Positions 1 to 8,752 of a stretch of 32,000 nt of DNA are shown piece after piece. This DNA is from Candidatus Saccharimonadota bacterium (GTDB taxonomy: Archaea; Nanohalarchaeota; Nanosalinia; Nanosalinales; Nanosalinaceae): assembly GCF_029232205.1 (NCBI RefSeq), contig NZ_CP107255.1, forward strand, positions 300,001-332,000. The letters run 5' to 3'. The first letter of the stretch is position 1. Every line of letters starts with the position of its first letter. The notes beneath the pieces are model-generated. The model was given only the letters and a program-made list of their open reading frames with translations, ran no database searches and was not told the origin of the DNA. Made by a program: the position numbers and the translations under genes.

Positions 1-724
1 AGTCTTGTATGTGGTCTATTTCTATTGGGAGTGAGACTAGCCAGCTTCCGTCGTGTAGGCTGTATGGCATTCTGAACAGGTGGCGTTGGCCCCAGTCGTT
101 TTCGATATCGGAGACTCTGTAAGGTTTTTTCCCGTTATCGGTCTCCATCTTCTCCTCCAGGCCGTATTCTTTGATCAGCTCCATCATTTCTTCTCGGAGA
201 TTGTCTCGTATGTAGTCAATTATTCCTCTTGGAAGCCGAGGGTACATGTCTGAGATTTCTTGCTGGTCGATCTCCTGAGGGAAGGCCTCTCCTCTGACTC
301 CTATGTGGAATCCGCGGTTGCCGGAGAATTTTACGCTGATGTTCTCTATGCCGTGATCCTCTAGTTCACGGATTACAAGTTCGGCAGTATCTTTTGCGAG
401 ATCAAAGCTGTGATCGCAGTCGATATCTATTACTAGATCCCAGCCCTCACGTAGCTGATTCAAGTCTGAAACATTGTCGATCAGCAGAGGGTTGCGCCAC
501 TTCTCTACAGAGGAGTGGAATGCTACTGCGCCATCCTCTACCAGTGCCTGGAAGTCACCAGGGAAGTTAATAGCATCCGGTCTTTTACCGTAACCGTTTG
601 GGTAGGTGGGGGCGATCTCTCGGTATTCTGCGATTTCAAGAATTTTTTCCTGAAGGCCTTCTTTTTCGTAGTACTGGCGTATTTTCCAGTCCTGTGGCCT
701 CCGGTCGTCCCCCTCCTCTGACAT
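1..724 (-). CDS. priS: DNA primase small (catalytic) subunit PriS, N-terminal ~241 aa; the C-terminus lies beyond the window edge
   Basis: Absent from the ORF track because it runs off the window. My minus-strand translation from the ATG (complement of 722-724) reads MSEEGDDRRPQDWKIRQYYEKEG...GWDLVIDIDCDHSF...VKFSGNRGFHIGV...RHLFRMPYSLH. These are archaeo-eukaryotic primase motifs I (DxD), II (SGxRGFH) and III. The + ORF at 515-721 is its antisense shadow. Confidence 0.8.
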   Translation of the reverse strand, partial: MSEEGDDRRPQDWKIRQYYEKEGLQEKILEIAEYREIAPTYPNGYGKRPDAINFPGDFQALVEDGAVAFHSSVEKWRNPLLIDNVSDLNQLREGWDLVIDIDCDHSFDLAKDTAELVIRELEDHGIENISVKFSGNRGFHIGVRGEAFPQEIDQQEISDMYPRLPRGIIDYIRDNLREEMMELIKEYGLEEKMETDNGKKPYRVSDIENDWGQRHLFRMPYSLHDGSWLVSLPIEIDHIQD

Positions 725-809
725 GTAAATAGTTGTGGTAGGAAACTGTAAAAATCCCGGCCTCTGGTGAAGGTTTCGGATAAAAAAGTTTCTTACGTAT
801 AGAAGCTGT

Positions 810-1493
810 ATGCCGGAAGAAATATACAGAGACCCAGAGACTTATGTCGAGAAAAGGTATAGCTCGACTGGCGGAAGAAAGGTTTTGGAAAGGCAGAACA
901 GGAATTTTGAGGAGCTTCTTGAAGGCCTTGGTGCCGAGCCTGGTGATAGTGTTCTTGAGCTTGGTTCTGGGCCGGCTTTGCTTTCAGAGTATCTTGACGA
1001 GTATGATTCTGTAGGTGCGGATATTGAGCAGGAGCCTCTTCAGGTTGCTGTTGATAGTGGCCGTGTTGAGGATGCCGTTCGTGTTGATGCCCACAGACTT
1101 CCTTTCAGGGATGATGCGTTTGACTATGTGGTTGCGCCACGGCTTTTCCATCTCGTTGGCGATGAAGAAGATGTTGTGGATGAGATGAATCGTGTTGCGG
1201 AGGAAGGTTTTGTATTTGATGTTTTCAGCGAGTCAAGCGGTCGTAAAGTATACAATAACAGGATGTCGAAGCACAGCAGCTATATGCCTGCTGACAGCAC
1301 TCTTCACAGTGATGAGGAAGTTGAGAGTTGGCTTGAAGGCCTTGATTTTGAAGTTCAGAGCGACTTTCCGATTCCTTTCGGAGCCTACAGAGAGTCTGAG
1401 TCTGAACTGTTTACTGATGCTGTTGAGAAGATGCAGGATGCTTTTTCCGGCTCTCTCGACTCGGTAGTTTACTTCGGCGTAGAATCGGAGTAG
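810..1493 (+). CDS. Class I SAM-dependent methyltransferase
   Basis: 227-aa ORF. It has the glycine-rich SAM-binding motif I (VLELGSGPALL) followed by an acidic residue (GADIE). Substrate is unknown. Confidence 0.7.
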   Translation: MPEEIYRDPETYVEKRYSSTGGRKVLERQNRNFEELLEGLGAEPGDSVLELGSGPALLSEYLDEYDSVGADIEQEPLQVAVDSGRVEDAVRVDAHRLPFRDDAFDYVVAPRLFHLVGDEEDVVDEMNRVAEEGFVFDVFSESSGRKVYNNRMSKHSSYMPADSTLHSDEEVESWLEGLDFEVQSDFPIPFGAYRESESELFTDAVEKMQDAFSGSLDSVVYFGVESE

Positions 1494-1601
1494 TTTTTCT
1501 TTGTAGATAGAATAGAAATGAAAGAGAAATGTTTGAGGGTTTTAATCCTCTTCAATTCGTGACGAAGCATCAGGAGATGCTTCTTAGAGCATGCGAAGAA
1601 G

Positions 1602-2354
1602 CTAATCTTCTTCGATGCGTGGTGCCAGTACAAAGCTTAGGTTGGCTTCGTCTGGGATTGTGAATTCCAGTCTTACTGGGAATTCGTCGGCCATTTTGAC
1701 GGTTACTGTGTCGCTTAGTTTCTTTGCGCCGATCATTTTGGACAGGTAGTCGAGGCTGAACATGGATTTGGCCTCTTCTCCTGATAGCTCGATTACGCCG
1801 TCTGAGTCCTCTGTGATCTTGAAGTCTACGTCGGACTGGTCTCCCTCAGCTACTATCTCGATCCTATCCTTGGAGGCTGTTACTGTTACTGAGTCTGAGA
1901 CTACCATTGCGTCTTTGATTGCGCTCTCCAGTACGTCGGTCTCAAGTTCTCCTTCGAATGTGAATTCAAGTTGGTCTGTTGATGGAATGTCGTCCTCTGA
2001 AAGGTTGAGGATTGGCAGCGAGAAGTTTCTTGTGCTGCGGCCTTCCATATTGATGTAAAACTTGGATTCATCGTCTTTTACTTCGAGAGTGATTACGTCG
2101 TCGCTGTTTGCTCTTCGAAGAATTGAGTATAGATTTTCTAGATTTAGACCTACTTTTGATTCTTCATCAAGTTCGTAATTTTCGAATACGTCTTTTTCGA
2201 TGTGGAAATCTACTAGTCCTACCATTGCAGGGTCTGCTGCAACCAGGTGAATGCCGTCATCCTTTAACTGGAATAGGCCTTCACTGATTAGATCTGAAAT
2301 GGTTTTCATGGAGTCTTGTAGAAGTCCAACATCTTCGATTTCTGCTTTAAACAC
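1602..2354 (-). CDS. pcn: DNA polymerase sliding clamp PCNA
   Basis: 250 aa. The N-terminus MFKAEIEDVGLLQDSMKTISDLISEGLFQLKDDGIHLVAADPAMVGLVDF, the length and the two-domain layout are typical of archaeal PCNA. Confidence 0.9.
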   Translation of the reverse strand: MFKAEIEDVGLLQDSMKTISDLISEGLFQLKDDGIHLVAADPAMVGLVDFHIEKDVFENYELDEESKVGLNLENLYSILRRANSDDVITLEVKDDESKFYINMEGRSTRNFSLPILNLSEDDIPSTDQLEFTFEGELETDVLESAIKDAMVVSDSVTVTASKDRIEIVAEGDQSDVDFKITEDSDGVIELSGEEAKSMFSLDYLSKMIGAKKLSDTVTVKMADEFPVRLEFTIPDEANLSFVLAPRIEED

Positions 2355-2369
2355 CCTCCCTCACCTATG

Positions 2370-2699
2370 TTACTCAGAAGTGTTAACAACTTTTTTAACG
2401 CTGTCGTAGGTTTCTGGGTCGACGTCTTCGAAGCTCTGCACTATCTCTCCCTGTATTTCGAAGCTGTCAGGAGTTGGCAGTACTCGTCCAAGCACACGAA
2501 TTCTCTGCTGTTCTTCAAGATCTTCCATGACCTCATCTTCCAGGAATACCTCTACAGAGCCTGTGCTGTCGTCGATTGTAACTGAGTCGTTGTCAACTGA
2601 GATTACTGTTCCAACTACTCTTACTCTAATATCTTTTTGCGGGTCGATCTCCTCGATATCTTTAGGCCTTGCCGGCGCTCGTCTTTGGTTCTCGGGCAT
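2370..2699 (-). CDS. Small OB-fold nucleic-acid-binding protein (tRNA_anti-codon/RPA-like OB)
   Basis: 109 aa. The pattern IRVRVVGTVISVDNDSVTIDDSTGSVEV...RIRVLGRV is a typical OB-barrel strand pattern. The gene sits 15 nt upstream of PCNA on the same strand. Confidence 0.5.
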   Translation of the reverse strand: MPENQRRAPARPKDIEEIDPQKDIRVRVVGTVISVDNDSVTIDDSTGSVEVFLEDEVMEDLEEQQRIRVLGRVLPTPDSFEIQGEIVQSFEDVDPETYDSVKKVVNTSE

Positions 2700-2730
2700 A
2701 ATAAATACCGTGAGATAAAACTATTTCAAT

Positions 2731-2967
2731 ATGGGGAAGGTTCGAGAGAAAATACTGCATAACAGGCCTCTTGGAGAGTTTATGGTTCTGGGAGGTTTTC
2801 TGTCTTTTCTAGGCCTTTTCGTTTATCTTGGTTACAGGGTTTCTCAGGGTATTTACAGCTATAATCCTGGTGAGTATCAGCTTTTTGCTGTTTTGATGGC
2901 CTTGAGTTTTGCTGTTTTTATCGGTGGTGCTGAGATTTTGTTGATTGATTGGCGGGATCGGCACTAG
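2731..2967 (+). CDS. Small membrane protein (2 predicted TM helices)
   Basis: 78-aa ORF with two hydrophobic stretches (FMVLGGFLSFLGLFVYLGY and LFAVLMALSFAVFIGGAEILLI). Confidence 0.45.
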   Translation: MGKVREKILHNRPLGEFMVLGGFLSFLGLFVYLGYRVSQGIYSYNPGEYQLFAVLMALSFAVFIGGAEILLIDWRDRH

Positions 2968-2998
2968 GATTAAATACCAGCATTTTCAATTTCTTTGT

Positions 2999-3622
2999 AT
3001 GGACTTGTTTGGCAAGAAAGGAGAGGAAGCTGCTGCCGAGGCTCACGAGCTTGAGGAGCAGATTAATTCTCTTCAATCGCATGTAAATGCTATGGATAAT
3101 GCTTTGCAGGATTTTGAAACTCGTTTTAATTCTCTCCAGCAGAGTATGCCTGAAGGCCTAGAGGATGATATTGATCAGAATAAGCGTGATTTGAATGATC
3201 TTGAGCGTATTTTCCGAAGGTTGAGCCGGATTCAGTCCAAGCAGAATGAGAAGCTGCGACAGCTTAATGATAGTAAGAACAGTATTCAGGATGAGATCGC
3301 TGGTCTGAAGCAGCAGTTGAAGGACAGGAAGTCAGATGCTCAAAGTCTTGAGGAACGCATTTCCCGGCTTGAAAGCCAGATTCAGGATCAGGATCGCCAG
3401 GTTTTCGATAGAGTTGATGAGATCGAGTCCAAGGTCGGCGAGATTGAAGAACAGTTTATTCTTGACAGTAATCGTCAGGAGTGGGATCTTGATAGCAAGG
3501 TTGAAGAGTCCAAGTTCAAGAACAGGGCCTCAAAGATTGATAAAGAGTTGAGCAAGTTGAGAACTTCTGTTAACGCTATTGCTGATGAGGTTAACGCTGA
3601 AAAAGTAGAGATTGAGGAGTAA
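2999..3622 (+). CDS. Coiled-coil protein, ~207 aa (possible ESCRT-III/PspA-superfamily-like, unproven)
   Basis: The track ORF is 2945-3622. I prefer the ATG at 2999 (MDLFGKKGEEAAAE...), which avoids overlap with the upstream gene. Heptad-like, Q/E/L/R-rich sequence runs throughout. Confidence 0.55.
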   Translation: MDLFGKKGEEAAAEAHELEEQINSLQSHVNAMDNALQDFETRFNSLQQSMPEGLEDDIDQNKRDLNDLERIFRRLSRIQSKQNEKLRQLNDSKNSIQDEIAGLKQQLKDRKSDAQSLEERISRLESQIQDQDRQVFDRVDEIESKVGEIEEQFILDSNRQEWDLDSKVEESKFKNRASKIDKELSKLRTSVNAIADEVNAEKVEIEE

Positions 3623-3636
3623 AAAATAATTTTATT

Positions 3637-3972
3637 CTAGTCGTACTCCTTGTAGACGTTTCCACATTCACGACACTTGTAGAATCGTGTTGCAGGCTCG
3701 TCCGAAGCTCTTGTCTGTTCCATCCACCATTCTTGCTCTGTTTCTTCTCCACACTTCTTGCATTCTTTCTTGGTGGTTGGTCTTGTTGACTCTTCTCCGC
3801 CTTCCTCATTCACGTTCAGGCGATCCATAGGGTCGTCTTCTTTTTCTTCAGTTACTTTGTAGTCTCCGCCATCAACATCCTGGACATGTCCGCAGTCACG
3901 GCACTCCATGACTGTCTGACCGTCCTGTTTCTGGGAGACAAGCATTCCTCCGCATTCATCACAGAAGTCCAT
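3637..3972 (-). CDS. tfs: Transcription factor S (TFS; RNA polymerase subunit M-like cleavage factor)
   Basis: 111 aa. It has an N-terminal zinc ribbon (CDECGG...CRDCGH). The C-terminal zinc ribbon carries the catalytic acidic loop (CKKCG...QTRASDEPATRFYKCRECG). Confidence 0.9.
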   Translation of the reverse strand: MDFCDECGGMLVSQKQDGQTVMECRDCGHVQDVDGGDYKVTEEKEDDPMDRLNVNEEGGEESTRPTTKKECKKCGEETEQEWWMEQTRASDEPATRFYKCRECGNVYKEYD

Positions 3973-4011
3973 ATTGCCATAGATTACATGACCAATCTTT
4001 AAATTAACTAC

Positions 4012-4749
4012 CTAGCACGAAGGAGTATTGTCAATTACCAAGGGTCGATCCCCTGCATAACCAGCCAGATCCATAGCATACAGCTTGATAAGGCCTAGAC
4101 GCGGAATCTTGAAGAAAACTTTTCCATGGATCTGGTCGGGCCTCACCTCTTTCTCGAACTCCAGCTGTCCTGAGTTGGCGTCGCCCAGTGTTTCCAGGCT
4201 GCTGTTATTCTTCCTGACTACTCTGTGGACAATTGGAATATCTCCGACAGGAAGATCTGTTGCATAATCCACGCTAACGTCACGGCCTTCAATATTGTAT
4301 TCCTCTCCCTCTTGAAGTGGTTGCAGAGCACTGCCATTCAGGGATAAGAGTACTTTGTCGCGGTCTCTATCAGCTGAAGGCCTTACCTCCAGTAGTTCGA
4401 GGGTTCCGAGGGAGGTTTCTTGTTTCGAGAATTCTGTTGTATTTTTTTCGAGTACGATTTTTTCTCCATTAATTGTGAGTTCTGCTCTGTCAGGGACATC
4501 GTACACGATTATGTCGCCTTCTTCTACATTCTCGTATTCTGTGCCTTTTACAAATAGTATGTCGCCTACCTGTAGATCTGGACACATTGAGGGAGATACA
4601 ACTGTAACAACTGGCTTCTGAGTATCTGTTACTGCGCCTGCTGTCTGCAAGCTGCCAAATGCAAGTAGAATTGCCAGAAAAATAAAGTATATATCGTCTA
4701 GTTCTGTTAACTGATCTCTAAAATCGCTGTATCTCTCTTGGAAATCCAT
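4012..4749 (-). CDS. Signal peptidase I, archaeal/ER type (S26B)
   Basis: 245 aa with an N-terminal TM helix. The catalytic Ser motif is VVSPSMCPDL and a His box (IPIVHRVV) is present. Confidence 0.8.
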   Translation of the reverse strand: MDFQERYSDFRDQLTELDDIYFIFLAILLAFGSLQTAGAVTDTQKPVVTVVSPSMCPDLQVGDILFVKGTEYENVEEGDIIVYDVPDRAELTINGEKIVLEKNTTEFSKQETSLGTLELLEVRPSADRDRDKVLLSLNGSALQPLQEGEEYNIEGRDVSVDYATDLPVGDIPIVHRVVRKNNSSLETLGDANSGQLEFEKEVRPDQIHGKVFFKIPRLGLIKLYAMDLAGYAGDRPLVIDNTPSC

Positions 4750-4819
4750 GAAGAAAAACTTTGTAACTTCTCTTTTTTGAGTTAACCCTGTCTAAAATCA
4801 GGAAAGTAAAAGCAGGTTT

Positions 4820-5062
4820 TTAGGCCTGATCTTCGAGTTCTTCCATCCATTCCTGTGCAGTAGCAATTCCTTCTTTAAGAACTTCTTTTGGATTGTCTGC
4901 ATCGATTACAAGATTGGATTCTTCTCCTAGAGGGTGGCCTTTATCGTATCCGGCTTCTTCACCGTTCTCCCAGATTGCCTTTCTTACAAGATTTGCGACT
5001 GTATGGTTTTTCTGAAAGTTTACGATAAGTCGGTCTCCTTTTTCTACTGCTTCAAGCTCCAT
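4820..5062 (-). CDS. rpoL: DNA-directed RNA polymerase subunit L (Rpo11)
   Basis: 80 aa. The sequence ...FQKNHTVANLVRKAIWENGEEAGYDKGHPL is the typical RpoL/Rpb11 core. Its start overlaps the stop of the upstream methyltransferase (TAATG). Confidence 0.85.
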   Translation of the reverse strand: MELEAVEKGDRLIVNFQKNHTVANLVRKAIWENGEEAGYDKGHPLGEESNLVIDADNPKEVLKEGIATAQEWMEELEDQA

Positions 5063-5655
5063 TATTCTTTTCTCCTCGTGATTATCAAGTCTATTTCGGT
5101 TTCATGGCTTTCCTCTGTATGGAAGCCATAACTCGGCGGCAAAGAGATGCTGAACTCCTCTACCGCCAGCACTTCATGACTGGATTTTCCTGCAAAATCT
5201 TTTATACGTTCACGCATACCTCGTGGAGAAATTCCATAGACTGCGTTAGAGTGCTCTAAGGCCTTCTCCCAGAACTTCAGTCCAATGTCCGAGTGATGTG
5301 AGAAAGGAGGGTTCATCAGAACAGTGTCAACATCCAGTTCAAAATCCTCAATATCCTGCTGAATTACTTCAATATCAATATTCATTTTCTCCAGGTTTTC
5401 ATGCAGAAGTCTGACTGCATCGTCTTCTTTCTCTACTGCTGTGACCTCTGCTCCAAGAAGTGCTGCTCCTATACTGAGCATTCCGGTACCAGCTCCTAGA
5501 TCTGCTACTTTTTGGCCTTCAATATCGCCCTGCATGTACGCTGTATGCAGTAAATCAGCTGCAAGGGCCGGTGGTGTACGGTACTGTTCGAGGCTTATTC
5601 TTGGGTTCTCGAAGTCGCTGATCTTTGAAAGTTCTTTCTTGAGTTCTGTCTTCAC
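5062..5655 (-). CDS. METTL5-like N6-adenine RNA methyltransferase (NPPF family)
   Basis: 197 aa with LEQYRTPPALAADLL, SAM motif I VADLGAGTGMLSIGAALLGA, and the catalytic NPPF motif (VLMNPPFS). Confidence 0.75.
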   Translation of the reverse strand: MKTELKKELSKISDFENPRISLEQYRTPPALAADLLHTAYMQGDIEGQKVADLGAGTGMLSIGAALLGAEVTAVEKEDDAVRLLHENLEKMNIDIEVIQQDIEDFELDVDTVLMNPPFSHHSDIGLKFWEKALEHSNAVYGISPRGMRERIKDFAGKSSHEVLAVEEFSISLPPSYGFHTEESHETEIDLIITRRKE

Positions 5656-5700
5656 AGAGTAGGAATAGGGATTTAAGATTTAACATTCCTTCACACGGGT

Positions 5701-7335
5701 ATGCCAGACGAAAATTCCGAGCTACAGGATTTATCCCGCGAAGAACTTATTGAGAAAGTAAATGACCTACAGGAAGATCAGGTTGTCTTCTTCGAGCCAC
5801 AGAGAGAAATTATACTATCAAACCCTACAGATGAAACACTGAGAGAAATCTCCTCAATCTCACATATGGAGACCTCTTCTGGAGACCACTACAAGTTCCA
5901 GGTCCGAGAAATGGACATCTGGAACTCAGATCTCTCACTCGAAGAAATGAAAGAGAAATACACTCGTCTGGTAGGAAGCTACCCGCACTTCGTCGAATGG
6001 GTCGAAAGAACCTACGAGAAACAAGAAATGTTCAGAATAGAGCACGAAAGAATGGCTCACGTACTTGTCTCAGAAGATCCTGAAAGAATGGAATGGGCCC
6101 GCGGAATCGACAAGGTCCGCCAGAATCTATCAGTAGATCTTTCAGACACAAAATCCAGAATCCAGATGGGGGCAAAATCCCGTGCAGAGATCAAGAAGGC
6201 CCTGCTCAAGAAAGGATATCCGGTAGAAGACAACTCAAAATTCCGCGAATCCACAGAAAAGATAGGATGCGATCTAAAAGGAATAGATCTAAGAGATTAT
6301 CAGGAAGAATACGTAGAAAAGGCCTACGAGAAGAGGGCTGCAGTACTTGCTAATCCTGCAGGCTCAGGAAAAACTGTTACTTCTATCGGCCTCATGGCGA
6401 AAGTTGATGCACCGACACTGGTGCTTGTGCCGCAGAGGTCTCTTGTAAATCAGTGGAAACGTGAGATACTAGACAAGACAACTGTTACAGAGGATCAGAT
6501 AGGCCAGTATCACGGCGATCAGAAGAAGATGAAGGATGTAACTATTGCAACTTATCACATGGCTGGAGAGAAAACTTCTCTCTTCCAGAAGGAGTGGGGC
6601 CTGATTATTTTCGACGAGGTACACCACATTCCTTCCAAACTTTTCAGAAAGACTGCATCTCTACAGTCAACCAGAAGAATAGGCCTTTCTGCTTCTCCTG
6701 TTAGAGAGGATTCCAAGGAAAGGGAAATCTTCGCATTGATCGGTCAGGAGATTGGCGCCGACTGGGCCCGTTTCTTCTCGGAAGGCTACGTTGTCAAGCC
6801 GGATGTAGAAATTAATCTGGTTGAGTGGGAGTCCGATTTCTATAGGCACAAGTATGAGGAGGCCTCTGGAATCAAGAAAGCTATTGTGGCTTCGAAAAAC
6901 CCTGCTAAGATCCCTATGCTTGATGATTTGCTGGAAGAGCACACTGAGGAGAAGACCTTGATTTTCTGTGACTGGATTGATCAGGGAGAGGAGATCTCCG
7001 ACAAGTTTGACGTACCTTTCATTTCGGGTGAGACAGACTTTGATGAAAGAGAGGAGTACTTCGAGGACTTCAGAGAAGGCAAGATCAATACTATAATTGT
7101 CTCCAGGATCGGGGATGAAGGCCTTGATCTGCCGGATACAGAAGTTGGCATCATAATGTCTGGGCAGGGAGGATCCCGTAGACAGGCTACTCAGAGAGCT
7201 GGCAGAGTTATGAGGCCTTTCGGTGATGCTCAGGTCTACATGATCGCGACAAAAGGCTCGAATGAGGAGGACTTCGTTAAGAGACAGGTTGAACTTCTGA
7301 AAGAGAAAGGAGTGCCTGTTAAGATTAAGGAGTAA
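5701..7335 (+). CDS. xpb: XPB/Rad25-type SF2 DNA repair helicase
   Basis: 544 aa. Motifs: LRDYQEEYV (Q motif region), Walker A PAGSGKT, DEVHH box, SASP, and the C-terminal RecA domain motif QATQRAGRVMR. Confidence 0.85.
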   Translation: MPDENSELQDLSREELIEKVNDLQEDQVVFFEPQREIILSNPTDETLREISSISHMETSSGDHYKFQVREMDIWNSDLSLEEMKEKYTRLVGSYPHFVEWVERTYEKQEMFRIEHERMAHVLVSEDPERMEWARGIDKVRQNLSVDLSDTKSRIQMGAKSRAEIKKALLKKGYPVEDNSKFRESTEKIGCDLKGIDLRDYQEEYVEKAYEKRAAVLANPAGSGKTVTSIGLMAKVDAPTLVLVPQRSLVNQWKREILDKTTVTEDQIGQYHGDQKKMKDVTIATYHMAGEKTSLFQKEWGLIIFDEVHHIPSKLFRKTASLQSTRRIGLSASPVREDSKEREIFALIGQEIGADWARFFSEGYVVKPDVEINLVEWESDFYRHKYEEASGIKKAIVASKNPAKIPMLDDLLEEHTEEKTLIFCDWIDQGEEISDKFDVPFISGETDFDEREEYFEDFREGKINTIIVSRIGDEGLDLPDTEVGIIMSGQGGSRRQATQRAGRVMRPFGDAQVYMIATKGSNEEDFVKRQVELLKEKGVPVKIKE

Positions 7336-7338
7336 TCC

Positions 7339-7734
7339 ATGACTGTCTCAGATAAGAAATGGAGCCAGGAATACAGTTTTCTGGAGCCTGAAGATATTGA
7401 TAGAGCCTTTATAGCAGATACAGAGGTTGAGGGTCAGTCGGGGCCTGTTCACGGATTTGATCGTGAGGATATCTACTTTGAGTTTTCAATGAGGAGGCCT
7501 TTGACTGTACGAGAGCTTTCTCCTGACCTTTCTACTTCTATACTTGAGAATTATGGTTTTGATCCTTATTCGGAGGATCCTTTCCTTGACTCTGAGGTTG
7601 TGCGGACTCAGGAAGGTGAAGAATTCCTCAGGGTAGGTTATCGTGATAACGCGGTTTATTTCTCGGTTAGTGGCTCTTCTATGCCTTTCGAAAGAGAGTA
7701 TCTTGATGAGGAGAGTCCTCGGTGGAGGGCTTAA
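7339..7734 (+). CDS. Hypothetical acidic protein, 131 aa, translationally coupled to xpb
   Basis: The ORF starts 3 nt after the xpb stop. I recognise no motif. Confidence 0.45.
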   Translation: MTVSDKKWSQEYSFLEPEDIDRAFIADTEVEGQSGPVHGFDREDIYFEFSMRRPLTVRELSPDLSTSILENYGFDPYSEDPFLDSEVVRTQEGEEFLRVGYRDNAVYFSVSGSSMPFEREYLDEESPRWRA

Positions 7735-7760
7735 AAAATCTGTTTTAACCTATTTTTTCT

Positions 7761-8747
7761 ATGAGTTTGATTAAAGCCGAGAATCTCAACAAGACCTTTC
7801 GTATTTACCAGCGTGGAGACGGTATTAAGGGTTATCTGAAGAGCTTTGTATCCCGTGAATTCGAAGAAGTTCATGCAGTAGAAGACTTGAATCTAGAGAT
7901 AGAGGAAGGAGAGATGATCGGCTATATCGGTGCTAACGGCGCTGGGAAATCTACTACAGTCAAAATGCTGACAGGAATACTTGAACCAAGTTCAGGCCTT
8001 ATAGAAGTTGACGGTCGCGACCCTCAGAAGGAGAGAAAAAAGAATGCGAAGAATATTGGAGTAGTTTTCGGCCAGAAAACACAGCTCTGGTGGGATCTGC
8101 CTGTTAAAGAATCTTTCAGACTCTTGAAAGAGATATACGAGGTCTCCGATGAGGATTATGAACAGAGAATTGATGAATTCGATGAAGTACTTCAGTTAAG
8201 CGAGTTCTGGGATCAACCGGTCAGAAAACTTAGCCTAGGCCAGAAAATGAGATGTGAACTTGCAGCAGCTTTCCTCCATCACCCGAAAATTGTCTACCTC
8301 GATGAACCTACTATAGGCCTTGACGTCGCTGTTAAGGAGAGGATCAGAGATTTCATCAAGAAAATGAATAGAGAGAAGAATATTACTGTAATGCTTACTA
8401 CTCACGATATTGGTGATATAGAGGATCTCTGTGACCGTATCGTAGTTCTTGATCAGGGGAAAAAGATTTACGACGGCGAGCTTGAGGCCCTGGTAAATAG
8501 GTTTACTTCCAGAAGACTGGTCATGGATATGCGTAACGGAGAGAAAGTAAATATAGAAAATGAGGGTATTAAAGAGATTAATCAGGATGAAGGCCATGTA
8601 GAAATCGTCTTTGACAGAGAACAGATTTCTGCCAGCGATTTGATGCGTGAAGTACTCGAGAGGTATGATGTAATTGATTTCCAGATCAGAGAGCCTGACA
8701 TTGAAACAGTAGTCAAAAAGGTGTACAATGAAGGTTTGGAGGAATAA
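7761..8747 (+). CDS. ABC transporter ATP-binding protein (uncharacterized ABC-2-type system)
   Basis: 328 aa. Motifs: Walker A GANGAGKST, Q-loop, signature LSLGQKMR, Walker B VYLDEPTIGLD, and H-loop TTHD. Confidence 0.9.
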   Translation: MSLIKAENLNKTFRIYQRGDGIKGYLKSFVSREFEEVHAVEDLNLEIEEGEMIGYIGANGAGKSTTVKMLTGILEPSSGLIEVDGRDPQKERKKNAKNIGVVFGQKTQLWWDLPVKESFRLLKEIYEVSDEDYEQRIDEFDEVLQLSEFWDQPVRKLSLGQKMRCELAAAFLHHPKIVYLDEPTIGLDVAVKERIRDFIKKMNREKNITVMLTTHDIGDIEDLCDRIVVLDQGKKIYDGELEALVNRFTSRRLVMDMRNGEKVNIENEGIKEINQDEGHVEIVFDREQISASDLMREVLERYDVIDFQIREPDIETVVKKVYNEGLEE

Positions 8748-8752
8748 CTCCT

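Noticed and set aside
515-721. 68-aa + strand ORF at the window start
   Set aside because: It is antisense to a much better-supported minus-strand reading frame, PriS with AEP primase motifs, which runs off the window.
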